From the NCBI GenBank assembly GCA_023700245.1, contig JAJPRE010000004.1, positions 24,068 to 88,067 on the forward strand: a stretch of DNA of 64,000 bases. Reading direction: 5' to 3'. The stretch comes from Candidatus Thalassarchaeaceae archaeon. Lineage in GTDB: Archaea; Thermoplasmatota; Poseidoniia; Poseidoniales; Thalassarchaeaceae. Positions 39,208-50,022 of the stretch are shown piece by piece; the stretch's first letter is position 1; the number at the start of each line of letters is the position of its first letter. The position numbers and the translations under genes are program-made. The notes under the pieces were generated by a model. That model was not told the origin of the DNA. It saw only the letters and a list, made by a program, of their open reading frames with translations, and did no database searches.

Positions 39208-39984
39208 TTAGAAACAGTCTCTAGATTCGCCACTATTTGTGCCGTCGGGGCATATTGTGTAGTACCATTGTATTCCCATCCAAACAGTTTTTGTATCAAA
39301 TACTGCACCAGTTAAATCCGCGAATTGTAAATCTGTAAAACCTAAATCTGTACCATTGAGATTAGTACCGATTAATTTAGTGCCAGCCATATATGAGTCC
39401 CTAAGGTTACTATTGCTAAGGTCAGAATATGAAAAATCAACATATGATAAATTTGATTTACTCATCTCAACATTAGTTAAAATAGCCTCTTTAGCAATGG
39501 AATAATATAGATTAGTACTAGAAAAATCAGATTCAGTAAAATCTGAATTACTGATATCAGAATTCATCAAATTCGTATTACTCATATCTGATTCTAATGC
39601 CGAAACAAATGATAGGTTGGCAAAATTTAATTGTGCATAATGGAAATTTGCAGAGAACATTCTAGAATTCGATAAATCTGAGTTATCAAGATTCGCCGCT
39701 AAAAATATAGTTTCTCTTAAATCTGCACCTCTAAAGTCAACATATTCTAGATTAGCTAAAATAAAGTCTGAATTATACAAATTTGCTCCTTGTAAATTTG
39801 CACCACTCCAATTTGTGCGATCGAAATTAGCTCCAGCAAGATATAACCCTGATAAATCTAAATTCTGAAAGTTTCCAGTTTCAATTGCATTTTTCACTTT
39901 GGGGTCAATCTCAACAGAACTAGTGCAGCCAGACAAAGAATTTAACAAAATCAATAAGGTTAGAAGCGCTGACACCTTACTCAT
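39208..39984 (-). CDS. Pentapeptide-repeat lipoprotein
   Basis: LSGC lipobox; long A(N/D)Lxx-type pentapeptide array. Confidence 0.9.
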   Translation of the reverse strand: MSKVSALLTLLILLNSLSGCTSSVEIDPKVKNAIETGNFQNLDLSGLYLAGANFDRTNWSGANLQGANLYNSDFILANLEYVDFRGADLRETIFLAANLDNSDLSNSRMFSANFHYAQLNFANLSFVSALESDMSNTNLMNSDISNSDFTESDFSSTNLYYSIAKEAILTNVEMSKSNLSYVDFSYSDLSNSNLRDSYMAGTKLIGTNLNGTDLGFTDLQFADLTGAVFDTKTVWMGIQWYYTICPDGTNSGESRDCF

Positions 39985-40153
39985 TAAAAAAAACCTGATT
40001 GATGTGTTAATTAAACATTATTACTTAAAAATAATTTTTTATTCAAAATAATTCTTAAAGTAAACTACTCACGATGAAGTTAGTGTGCAGTATGACACTA
40101 AGTAATATTTTTTCAATTAGTTTGAAATTAAAATAAAAAATGAGGTAATTATA

Positions 40154-42253
40154 ATGAAATATAAATCAAATCAGACATTTACTATTCTACTAATATTTAT
40201 GATGCTATTTGCTGGTTGTACTGGCAACGAAGATATGGCCGAACCAATGGAAGAAACTATTCTTGGATGCACGGACGTTTCTGCCACTAATTATGATTCA
40301 AATGCAATGACTGATGATGGTAGTTGTGAATTTAATGAAGATGATAATACTTCCACTGAATCCTTTTTAGAAATTCCTCACACGGATGGGTGTGATAATA
40401 CTAATCCTATACATTGCATGCTTCCGTTTCCTTCAGATGCTTTTTTGGTAGATGATGATTCTACTGCTACAGGTAAAAGAATGTCATACTCGCCTTCAAC
40501 AATACCTGGATCTGGAACTGTCGATGAAGTTTATGCTCCGATTCTCAATCAAATAGACGGAGCTAGCCCTAATACACAAATTATGACAGCATTCTATGTC
40601 GAGCCAGATGTCTCTGAGTTGGCAGGTCAATTTTCAATCGGCAAAAGTCTTGACCCAAATCATTCAACAATGATAATTAATCAAGAAACCGGATTTTTAG
40701 TTCCACATTGGGTCGAATTAGATCTTAGATCAGAATCAGACCAGCCAACTATACTTCATATTAGGACAATTGAAGCACTAGATCATAATACTGCTTATGT
40801 TGTATTGATGAATGGACTGGTAGATTCTAATAATGACAAAATAGTCGCTCCTGATGGATTTTCTGCCCTCAGAGATGGTGTCATAACTACATCTCCAGAT
40901 GTCGAAAATCGTAGACCTTATTTTGAAAATTTATTCGCATGGATAAGTGACAATACAAATCGCCCAATTTCAGAATTACAGACTGCATGGAGTTTTAATA
41001 CAGCTTCCACAGAATCTCTAATTGGGCCACTACTCTCTATGAGGGATGATGCATTAGATAGAATAGGGCCGGATGGATTAGGTTGTACAGTAGAATCTAA
41101 TACAGAGATAATGACCGAGGATGGCAACAGAAGTCACTGGTTAATTACAGGTACATACACCGCTCCACAGTATACAGAATCATTTTATCCTCCAACATTA
41201 TTACGTAGGACATCTGATACGGATAGGACTCCTGTTTTTGTTGAAAATAGGGAAATACCATTTTGGCTAGTAATTCCCGGAACTGCAACTGTCAAAGGGC
41301 CCGCTGACTTGACTATATGGGGGCACGGATTCCTTGGAAATGGTAATACATCAGGACTTAACAGTTGGGCTAATCAAAATAATGCTGCATTGCTTGGTAC
41401 TAGTTTTTATGGTTGGTCTGATGATGATTTTACTAGTATTGAATATGCAGTTTTGAATATGAATTATTTTCAACATCAAGCAGAAAGATTAGAACAAGCT
41501 ATGATAAATCAGGTTGTAATGATTAAATCATTTAAGGGTATTTGTGCGGAGTTGCCGGACCTTTATTTAAATGATACTAAATTAATTGATGTTACCAACC
41601 CTACTTATACAGGATATTCCAATGGCGCAATACGTGGACCCTCAATAGTCGGTTTATCTCCAGATTTAGATCGAGGAGTCCTATGGGCCGGCGGATCTTC
41701 CTTTACCCATATAATTGAGAGATGCACTCAATACGACAAATTTCATTTTATATTTTCAAGTGACTTTGGCTATTCAAATCAATTAGATAGAGCCGTTGCA
41801 ATATCTATTATGCAATCTTTCTGGGATCCTGTTGAAGCTGATACATTTTTGTATCTTAGAGAAGAAGGATATAAAGATAAAATACAACCTTATGAGTTAA
41901 TGACATTATTTTCAATTACAGATTTACAGATTTCTAATATTTCTTCTGCTAGGATGATGAGGACCGGGGGAATACCACTTCTAGACTCTTCTACAATCAC
42001 GCCTTATGGTTTTGAGGGTCCAAATATAGTATCCTCTGGATACAATGGTTCCGTCGGAGTTTTCTTTGATGGGGGATATGAACATGCTCCAGATGGCAAT
42101 ATCTATGGGCAAGAGCCGCATTCAGCACATAATGCAATCGGGGGACTTATTATTGCAAGAGCTATGGCTTTCACTTTCCTTAAAACAGGTGTAGTTCTTG
42201 ACACATGTGAAGGAGATTGCTCGTTTACAGATGAAGATGTAAATTGGAATTAA
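40154..42253 (+). CDS. Secreted lipoprotein with Ig-like N-terminus and alpha/beta-hydrolase domain
   Basis: FAGC lipobox; GCTD..A.NY...DDGSC motif; CMLPFPSD; GHGFLG; nucleophile elbow GYSNG. Confidence 0.75.
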   Translation: MKYKSNQTFTILLIFMMLFAGCTGNEDMAEPMEETILGCTDVSATNYDSNAMTDDGSCEFNEDDNTSTESFLEIPHTDGCDNTNPIHCMLPFPSDAFLVDDDSTATGKRMSYSPSTIPGSGTVDEVYAPILNQIDGASPNTQIMTAFYVEPDVSELAGQFSIGKSLDPNHSTMIINQETGFLVPHWVELDLRSESDQPTILHIRTIEALDHNTAYVVLMNGLVDSNNDKIVAPDGFSALRDGVITTSPDVENRRPYFENLFAWISDNTNRPISELQTAWSFNTASTESLIGPLLSMRDDALDRIGPDGLGCTVESNTEIMTEDGNRSHWLITGTYTAPQYTESFYPPTLLRRTSDTDRTPVFVENREIPFWLVIPGTATVKGPADLTIWGHGFLGNGNTSGLNSWANQNNAALLGTSFYGWSDDDFTSIEYAVLNMNYFQHQAERLEQAMINQVVMIKSFKGICAELPDLYLNDTKLIDVTNPTYTGYSNGAIRGPSIVGLSPDLDRGVLWAGGSSFTHIIERCTQYDKFHFIFSSDFGYSNQLDRAVAISIMQSFWDPVEADTFLYLREEGYKDKIQPYELMTLFSITDLQISNISSARMMRTGGIPLLDSSTITPYGFEGPNIVSSGYNGSVGVFFDGGYEHAPDGNIYGQEPHSAHNAIGGLIIARAMAFTFLKTGVVLDTCEGDCSFTDEDVNWN

Positions 42254-42266
42254 AAAAATATTATTT

Positions 42267-42467
42267 TTAATTCTCACTATCTCTTTTATCCTGTAAGAAA
42301 GAGACTAAAGCCTCAATACTTGGAAATTCAATTGTAACTACACTTATGTGTTTACAATCTTGACAAATAAATCTCTTTCCGGTTTCATAACCCATATATG
42401 GAGATATTCTTGGACTAAAACAATTAGAACAAACTTCAATTATCTTTACATTTTCATATTCTTCCAT
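42267..42467 (-). CDS. Small zinc-ribbon protein
   Basis: CSNC...CQDC pairs in 66 aa. Confidence 0.7.
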   Translation of the reverse strand: MEEYENVKIIEVCSNCFSPRISPYMGYETGKRFICQDCKHISVVTIEFPSIEALVSFLQDKRDSEN

Positions 42468-42568
42468 AGGTTAATGTAAAAGATGTACCTATTTAATAGA
42501 TTGTAATAATTATATAAATTCTATAAATCCGGAGGTAACTCTAAATGAGGGTCCTTTTATGATTAAGC

Positions 42569-45500
42569 ATGGAAGGGTATCCTAAAAAAACAGTTTTGAA
42601 TTCAGATTCTGATGCATCAATGTATGGATTTTATGCCTCTTTAGCAGCAGGAGGATTTCTGTTAGCATATGCAATTTATTATGTAACAATTGTAAATGTA
42701 ACAACAGATTATGCTTACTTGACACTAGGAATAAGTACTGCAATTATGGCGATAATGGCAATCATATTTCACGAATGGTCCCTTAAAAATAAAGGGCAAG
42801 AAAGAGATGAGAATGCGATTGAAGAATATATTGGAGGTACTGCAGTTTTAATGGGCGCGCTTTCAGCAATTTGGCTTTCACGTTTTATGGTTTATTATTT
42901 AGGAAAAGAAAATAGTTTGATAGAAATCCAAGAAGGCGTAATATGGATTCCAATTTGGCTTTCTTTACTTCAAACAATTTCGTTAATATTTGTCATGGAA
43001 ATTTCTACTAGGATGATCGAAAGGCATTCATTAGGCACATTACCAAGAACCATAGTTATCTTAGCACCCATTAGTTTAGCATTTAGTGCAATCTCAATTT
43101 GGTTAGATTATTCAAATGGGCATTTGGAAATTTTTCTCACTACTTCATTCCTGTTACTATTGAGTAGTTCAATTTTATATTCTCTTCGCTTAAATCGTTC
43201 TGCATTATATTTATTATCTTCAGGAATAAGTGTCGCACTTCCAATTTATCTTTCTCTTAATAATCCAGAACATGCTAGCCTTCTTGTCCCAATTGTGATA
43301 TTAATTGGAATTACGGCCACAGATAGAAGCCTGTCTAGAGATATGGTTGAAAGAGGCTCTGGAGTAGTTGTAGCTGCGATTTTATTTACTCAAATATTAG
43401 CTTCTACAGATAATACTCCTTATGTATTTGCTAATATTTTCGTAAGTTCAGATCCCTTTAATCTTGTTTTCTGGCTTTGGGCCGCGCTACTAATTGGATG
43501 GTTTGTTCCAACAGCAATGGTACGAACTCCTGCAATGCCAATAGCATTGGCCCTTTCATTAGCACTCCTGTCTGATCAAGCTGCAATAATTGGATGGTTA
43601 ATTGGAATATGTGCTTTCATATACTTAGAAACAAGGCCTCAGGCTAGAAGCTGGGTTGTCCGTTTTACTTACATTGCCATGCTCATATCTTGGTATATTT
43701 CAGGTACAATAGGCGCTGAACTAGATAGTACTTTGCTGTCATTCAATAATTTTTCATTAGATGCCGTAACATGCTCTTCACTAGTATTATTCCCCATATT
43801 GTTAATGATTGGTTTTTGGGGTGAAAAAAGAGGAACATTTGGCTTTTACGAGGGACCTAATCTCCTTTTATTATTAGCTTCATTAAATATATTACTAATG
43901 GGAGAAACAAACTTTATATATCCCGTATTAATAATATCAGCGTCCTTATTTCAAGCTTATAATTATACAATGAAAAAATTTGGCCAAGAGTTAGAAAAAG
44001 ATCTAGTATCAGCTCTTTTATTACCTATTATTTTTGTAATTTTATTTTATAATAATAATGAATCAAATTTAATTTTTTCATTAATATTGATATCAGCATC
44101 GTTGTTCCAATTTTATATCTTTTATGAAAATAATAATAGAATTGGTGGAGATAAAAGTATATTATCTATTTCTTTATTACTTCCAATTATTATTGTTGCC
44201 ATATTTGATAATAATAACTTTACAATTTTTGATATTAAACCCTTACCAATTGCTTCTGGTTTAGCCATTTTACTAATATCTCATATCAATAGAAAAGATG
44301 ATGAAAATCTAATACTAAAATCAGAATTTTTAATATCCTTTGTATTATTTACTATATTTTTCATTCAAAATTTTGATTCATGGTCTGATTCAGGATTAAT
44401 AGTTAATGCGACATTAATTTCTATGTCTTTACTTGTAACTTTACTACTATTGGAAGGAGGGGCAATTCGTAACTCCACTCCTATTGAAAGACTAATTGGC
44501 ATATGTTATCTTTTACCTATTGCAGGGGTTTCATCATTGATCTTAACTCAGGAAAGTGAAAGTATATATTCGCTTTTAATACATGATATTTTAATTCTTA
44601 TTCCTCCGCTAATTGTCAGCATTAGGCTGAAAGTTCTTACAGATTTATCCCGGGAAGCAAGGGATTATGGGGCCCTAACTCTCTTATTATTACTAATAAT
44701 TGGATTAACTGATATTTCGGGAGGACTATTGGCAATCCCAGTTTTCGGACTTACAGTACAACGGGCATCCAAACATGTTTCATCCCCAATACTCATTTCT
44801 CTACCAATATTTGCAATAGGTTATGCAACTTTATTTTCATTCGATGCTTCAGAAGATGCAATACTTTGGCCTTGGCTAGATAGTATTTCATATATTGGAG
44901 ATAAATCAGAATTATTAGGTTTTCAAACACCCCGTTGGTCCGCTTTGTTATTATCCACAATTCCTGCCATGGTGCTATATTATTTACCAGATGAAAAAAA
45001 GAGATTAGATGGATCTAGATATGGTCCAGAGCAGATGTTTGGGCCCTTTTTAGCAACTCTATTTACTATTTCTTTTTTATTGCCAGATGAGCGTCTTGCA
45101 CCAATTTTTATTGTTACTACTCTTACTTATGGTTCATGGAAGTATGGTATTTTGGGTTGGTTTTGGATAACCCCTATTGCTACCTTTTGGGCTTCATTAA
45201 ATTTAATTTCATTAATTGAAGAAAATGAAGGTATACTAAATACAAATATAGAATATGCTGCATTTTTTGGGGGTATTATTGGTTTATTACAATATTTACT
45301 AATACGTAATGATATTATTTATTCCAATGTCAAAAATCTTGAATTACTTGACTCTTCATATGATTACTTGGCCCTGAGTTCTAGACTGATGGCATATGCT
45401 TTATTCTTTATGGCAGGTGATATTTCCGATATTATACCATTTTTAACCAGTATTATGATAGGAATAGATACTTTACGTAACAGCGAACCTATACTATTCA

Positions 45501-46402
45501 ATATATCAATAGTTTTACAGTATTATACTCTATATTTATTCAATGACAACTATCAAACTAGTGCATTATGGCCTGTTTTAATTGGTATAATGATGTTATC
45601 TTTATCATGGCTTAAGTATAATCCATTTCCTGAAAAAACTAATCAAAACAGCATTGGAAGTATCAGTTATGATGCAGACTCAAATACCTATCAGAACTTG
45701 CCAAATATAGAATCTAACATAGACTTTGATTTTGAAAAGAACTTAGGATTGGTTGGGTCAATATTTGCCCTTATTTTTATGCTTCCATTTTCCTTATCGT
45801 TGGCTTTTGAAACTGCAAATCAATCGTTGTTTGGTTTAACATTGATTTCAATATCTGCACATCATATGATTTTAGGATTTCAACGTGATCAAGGTTGGAG
45901 GCGATTGTTTAGCCTTGTAGGATTGCCATTAGGACTAGTTTATACTGGTATAGTATTCGAAGGATTAATACTAGTTCTAATGTTATTTTTGGCGGCTTTA
46001 ACTCTTATTGGGCAGTCATTGCTTTATTCTTCAAAAGGAGGTTTAGAGATAGGAAGTACTCTAGAAGGCTCGGAATCAATAGTCTCAAAAATTGGCCTCC
46101 CTGATCCTAATATGTTTGAATCTGAATTAAAACAAAATAATGAAGAATCACCTGAGCCTAACAACAATCAGAATAATGAAGGCATTAAAAATCAATTAGG
46201 AAAAGAAATAGATAATATTTCTAAGTCATTATTTACTTCGGATATTCTTGATTTTAAGATAAAATTAGATGAGACATTAGTTTCCAAAACTCAAATTAAT
46301 ATAAATATGGCATATGAATCTCACGATGCTTCAGTATGGCTACCAATTTTAGTAATTAACTCAGAAGGAACATTATTATTGGAATGGGAAAAAAGAATAT
46401 AA
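42569..46402 (+). CDS. Very large polytopic membrane protein of unknown function
   Basis: 1277-aa ORF composed almost entirely of hydrophobic helices, with an acidic C-terminal tail. Confidence 0.8.
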   Translation: MEGYPKKTVLNSDSDASMYGFYASLAAGGFLLAYAIYYVTIVNVTTDYAYLTLGISTAIMAIMAIIFHEWSLKNKGQERDENAIEEYIGGTAVLMGALSAIWLSRFMVYYLGKENSLIEIQEGVIWIPIWLSLLQTISLIFVMEISTRMIERHSLGTLPRTIVILAPISLAFSAISIWLDYSNGHLEIFLTTSFLLLLSSSILYSLRLNRSALYLLSSGISVALPIYLSLNNPEHASLLVPIVILIGITATDRSLSRDMVERGSGVVVAAILFTQILASTDNTPYVFANIFVSSDPFNLVFWLWAALLIGWFVPTAMVRTPAMPIALALSLALLSDQAAIIGWLIGICAFIYLETRPQARSWVVRFTYIAMLISWYISGTIGAELDSTLLSFNNFSLDAVTCSSLVLFPILLMIGFWGEKRGTFGFYEGPNLLLLLASLNILLMGETNFIYPVLIISASLFQAYNYTMKKFGQELEKDLVSALLLPIIFVILFYNNNESNLIFSLILISASLFQFYIFYENNNRIGGDKSILSISLLLPIIIVAIFDNNNFTIFDIKPLPIASGLAILLISHINRKDDENLILKSEFLISFVLFTIFFIQNFDSWSDSGLIVNATLISMSLLVTLLLLEGGAIRNSTPIERLIGICYLLPIAGVSSLILTQESESIYSLLIHDILILIPPLIVSIRLKVLTDLSREARDYGALTLLLLLIIGLTDISGGLLAIPVFGLTVQRASKHVSSPILISLPIFAIGYATLFSFDASEDAILWPWLDSISYIGDKSELLGFQTPRWSALLLSTIPAMVLYYLPDEKKRLDGSRYGPEQMFGPFLATLFTISFLLPDERLAPIFIVTTLTYGSWKYGILGWFWITPIATFWASLNLISLIEENEGILNTNIEYAAFFGGIIGLLQYLLIRNDIIYSNVKNLELLDSSYDYLALSSRLMAYALFFMAGDISDIIPFLTSIMIGIDTLRNSEPILFNISIVLQYYTLYLFNDNYQTSALWPVLIGIMMLSLSWLKYNPFPEKTNQNSIGSISYDADSNTYQNLPNIESNIDFDFEKNLGLVGSIFALIFMLPFSLSLAFETANQSLFGLTLISISAHHMILGFQRDQGWRRLFSLVGLPLGLVYTGIVFEGLILVLMLFLAALTLIGQSLLYSSKGGLEIGSTLEGSESIVSKIGLPDPNMFESELKQNNEESPEPNNNQNNEGIKNQLGKEIDNISKSLFTSDILDFKIKLDETLVSKTQININMAYESHDASVWLPILVINSEGTLLLEWEKRI

Positions 46403-46445
46403 TTTAATTAATTAATTTAAATTATGATAATAAATACTTATTATA

Positions 46446-48389
46446 ATGCGAAAGTATGAGATGCTAGTTTTATTACCGAAGGACATGACAACAACATGGG
46501 TAGTAGATTCAAATGCTTTTATTCATCTTGGATCATTGTCTCCTATGGGATTAATTGAGTCTTTAGAAAATGCGTTGAAAGATAATGGAATCAAATTACA
46601 TGTAACATCTGGAGTACATGATGAAGTTAGAAATGTCCGATTCCAAAAATGGGATGGTAGGCCAAATTTACTTTCAACAATTAGTCATTTACTTACTACT
46701 GTAACTATCGGCGAAGGAGAAATAAGGGCGATAGCCCAAAAGATCGGTGAAAAAGCTGCTCCACAAGATGTAGACTTATCGCTAATGGTTCTTGCAGCAA
46801 GATATGAGTTAGAAGGGCGCAAAGTAGTATTAGTTACTGATGATTTTAAGATGACTACTACCAAAGTAAAAGCTGGTTTCGGATTTGAAACATGCCCTCC
46901 GTCAACATTTATCAATAGGCTTTCAGAATCTGCTTCAAATAAACATACTACGACATTACGAACTTTATCTAGGCATATTAGAGCGGCAGAGATGAGATAT
47001 GCAATTAGCAGAAATGCTGAATATGATATACAAGCAAAATTAACTTGGCTTGTTGATAGTCTTCTAACTAGCAGACCTCAAACCAAAGTACAAGAAAACT
47101 CAACAATTTCAGACGAAGACTCTATGGTACTTACACTAATGTCCCATATGAGGGGCGAAAAAATAAAGAAAAGCCGTTTTAAAAAACTTGGAAGACTTCC
47201 TGAAATTTGTAAATCTGTCTCTCAAATAGATTCCCAACTTGCGACGTTATTAGATGAAAAGGATATGTCTGATATTTCTATTATTTATGAGCAATTTTTA
47301 GAAATTCTTAGAATAACTTTGGAAAATACGGGAGTAGGACTTTCACCGCTTGAAGACTCTATTTCAGTAATAGCCCATCGTGCAATGGCAGGTCCAATTA
47401 GTCGTTTGGAAACAGTTTTAGGATTAATGGCTAATCTAATAGGTAGAGATCAAATTGCACGCTTGCACTTTACAAGGGCATTACATCAAGCCAGCCTAAG
47501 TAATGATAATTCTGCAGAAATTAGAACCTTACACCATTTAGGATTATTGGCATTAGCAGAAGGAAATTTCCAAAGATCAGCTGAACTTTTTGAAGCTGCA
47601 GATTTACAAGCCCAAGTTAAGGATGCACCAAGATTGAGGCACGTCATTGCAGCAGGTCTTTCAAGACATTTATCTGGAGATGACACTAATGCTAAATCTC
47701 TAATTCAGAGTGCTAATGACATAATAGAAAGTAATGAAAATTTAGCTATAGAGCCATTATTAATCTTGGGTCGATCATTAATGGGAATAGATAGGCCATG
47801 GTTGGCAATGGAAATTTTTGATGAAGCATTAGAATGTGCTATCGAAGCAGAATTGCCAAACGAAATCTCTCGTATACAGGGATTACTTTTACTCGTAAGT
47901 ACTGCTGCAGCAGGACAAGATAATGAAGAAAATATTGCTATCAGGGGCCTTTTAGATCGACTCAATACTACTGATGTCAAAACAGATAAGGAAGTTAATG
48001 AAGTCATCTCAACAGTGGAAAAAATATCACAAGAACATCTTAAGCCACTTGAGGATACATGGAAAGAGTGGCGACCTGCATCAGATTTATTCGCAAACGA
48101 AAGGAAATTAGATGTCCTAAGGTCGATATCTGATTCTGAAGGTCAAACACTTGTCATAGTTCACCATAATATCTTAGGGGGTCTTGGCCTTTGGATGCCA
48201 GCAAATACTCCTGAATTTGCACCAAATCAGCATATCGTAATATCGGGAACTAGAATAAAAGTTGCCGATGCAACTGCGGAATTGGCAGATAAGCATAATA
48301 TTAGAGGTGTTATTGCCATTGAAGATCCTGATGAATTAGATATTTCAGTAGATATTGTTGAAGCAATTATTGAAGAAGAGAATAATTGA
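46446..48389 (+). CDS. PIN-domain nuclease fused to TPR-like helices and a C-terminal beta domain
   Basis: VVDSNAF, VHDEV, QDVDLSL and VTDDF (PIN acidic tetrad); helical repeats A..HF.RAL, A.ELFEAA and A.EIFDEAL. Confidence 0.7.
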   Translation: MRKYEMLVLLPKDMTTTWVVDSNAFIHLGSLSPMGLIESLENALKDNGIKLHVTSGVHDEVRNVRFQKWDGRPNLLSTISHLLTTVTIGEGEIRAIAQKIGEKAAPQDVDLSLMVLAARYELEGRKVVLVTDDFKMTTTKVKAGFGFETCPPSTFINRLSESASNKHTTTLRTLSRHIRAAEMRYAISRNAEYDIQAKLTWLVDSLLTSRPQTKVQENSTISDEDSMVLTLMSHMRGEKIKKSRFKKLGRLPEICKSVSQIDSQLATLLDEKDMSDISIIYEQFLEILRITLENTGVGLSPLEDSISVIAHRAMAGPISRLETVLGLMANLIGRDQIARLHFTRALHQASLSNDNSAEIRTLHHLGLLALAEGNFQRSAELFEAADLQAQVKDAPRLRHVIAAGLSRHLSGDDTNAKSLIQSANDIIESNENLAIEPLLILGRSLMGIDRPWLAMEIFDEALECAIEAELPNEISRIQGLLLLVSTAAAGQDNEENIAIRGLLDRLNTTDVKTDKEVNEVISTVEKISQEHLKPLEDTWKEWRPASDLFANERKLDVLRSISDSEGQTLVIVHHNILGGLGLWMPANTPEFAPNQHIVISGTRIKVADATAELADKHNIRGVIAIEDPDELDISVDIVEAIIEEENN

Positions 48390-48511
48390 TAATCAATAAA
48401 TACAATCTAACTTTCGTAGTACCAATTCAATGAATATAGATGGATTATGTTATTCATTTTTGAAATCTATGAATGGATACTATAATTTCCTAAGGTCTCT
48501 TCCATAGGCCA

Positions 48512-49990
48512 ATGAGAGGTAAGGCTTTACTAATTATTTTGATTATGTTAATGGTCCCATTTTCAGGTTGTTTGAACTTTGATGAGGATGAGAAGATTAT
48601 TCCAAACGAAGAAGTATATTCCAATGGATTATTTACTACTAACTCAAAAGGAATAGGAATTGACGTACCGCCAATCGTTTTGGATTTCTTCTTCAGTAAT
48701 GTGGGTGAAGATGGTCCTGAACCAAGTATAGGGATTACCTCAACAGGATGTATTTTCTTTATTGCAATGGAAAAACCAATGCGTTCATGTGATTATGGTT
48801 TGACATGGGAAAATTCTCGAGATATAACTCAGGCACCTTTTACTAGTGATCCATATGGGTGGGTAGATCCAGTAACTGATAGGGTATTCAATATCCATAT
48901 GATGGGTCTCGAGTCAACTTGGATTGGATGGTCAGATAATGATGGTGAAAGTTGGTTAGGAAATCCACATGATTCAGGAACTACTCCTCTAAATGATCAC
49001 ATTAAGTTGGCAACAGGACCTTGGGTTAGTGATGGATATGGAATCCCTGGTACACTGTCGCCTATTTATGAAGAAGCAGTTTATTTCTGCTATAATAAGG
49101 GCCTAGGAATTTTCTGTTTTACTAGCTTTGATGGTGGGGCTACCTTCGAAGTAGGTGGCCAGATATTCGGTTTAGCCACAAGTGATGGTGGACTACATGG
49201 TGCGATTACTACTGCCCCAGATGGTACTGTATACGTTACTCCTAGAGTAGAAACTCCTGCCGTAATTTTTTCAAAAGATAATGGATATTCATGGGAAACC
49301 CGCGAAATGGGCAATGATGTCGGTACTCCAAATCCACGAAAAAATTCTGAAGTAGCAACAGATACAGATTCTAATGCTTATCACATTTGGACAGGTGCAG
49401 ATTTTGGAGTTTATATGTCTAGAAGTACAGATTCAGGAGAGTCATGGGAACAATCTAGTATTCGAATTAGTCCTGTTGAGGTAATTTCAACTACGTTTCC
49501 ACAAATCGATGCTGGAGATCCTGGGCGTATTGCAATAACATATCTTGGAAGTGAAAATAGTTCTCAACTTCTCAGTACTGACATAGATGGAGAGGAATGG
49601 AATGGAAATCCCCACTATGCTAATAGTAATGTAAGTTATTATCTTTACATAACTTATAGTCTAAACGCTTTAGATGAAGAGCCTATATTTCATACTGTTA
49701 GAGTTTCACCTGATCCAGTTCAGATAGGTAGTATTTGCCTTAATAGCGGAGATTGTCGAGATATAGGAGGTTCAAATAGAAATCTCCTCGATTTTAATGA
49801 CCTACATATAGATAGAGATGGCCGAGTATATGTCGCATTTGCAGATGGCTGTACTGAAACTTGCGCTACTGATTTCAACTCAACTGCTGAAAATTCTAGA
49901 AGTAAAACTGGTTCTGTGTATTATCTGAGTAACGGGCCTAGTCTGTATGAATTCGTAGGAGAACTATCAGAATTAACTTTTTCCGAGTAA
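48512..49990 (+). CDS. BNR/Asp-box beta-propeller (sialidase-family-like) lipoprotein
   Basis: FSGC lipobox; five Asp boxes (SCDYGLTW, SDNDGESW, SFDGGATF, SKDNGYSW, STDSGESW). Confidence 0.85.
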   Translation: MRGKALLIILIMLMVPFSGCLNFDEDEKIIPNEEVYSNGLFTTNSKGIGIDVPPIVLDFFFSNVGEDGPEPSIGITSTGCIFFIAMEKPMRSCDYGLTWENSRDITQAPFTSDPYGWVDPVTDRVFNIHMMGLESTWIGWSDNDGESWLGNPHDSGTTPLNDHIKLATGPWVSDGYGIPGTLSPIYEEAVYFCYNKGLGIFCFTSFDGGATFEVGGQIFGLATSDGGLHGAITTAPDGTVYVTPRVETPAVIFSKDNGYSWETREMGNDVGTPNPRKNSEVATDTDSNAYHIWTGADFGVYMSRSTDSGESWEQSSIRISPVEVISTTFPQIDAGDPGRIAITYLGSENSSQLLSTDIDGEEWNGNPHYANSNVSYYLYITYSLNALDEEPIFHTVRVSPDPVQIGSICLNSGDCRDIGGSNRNLLDFNDLHIDRDGRVYVAFADGCTETCATDFNSTAENSRSKTGSVYYLSNGPSLYEFVGELSELTFSE

Positions 49991-50022
49991 ACTATTCAAG
50001 TCTCCGATATACTTGGTAGAAC

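Noticed and set aside
48431-48459. AATGAATA/TATTCATT inverted repeat
   Set aside because: Almost pure A/T in an AT-rich gap, compatible with chance.
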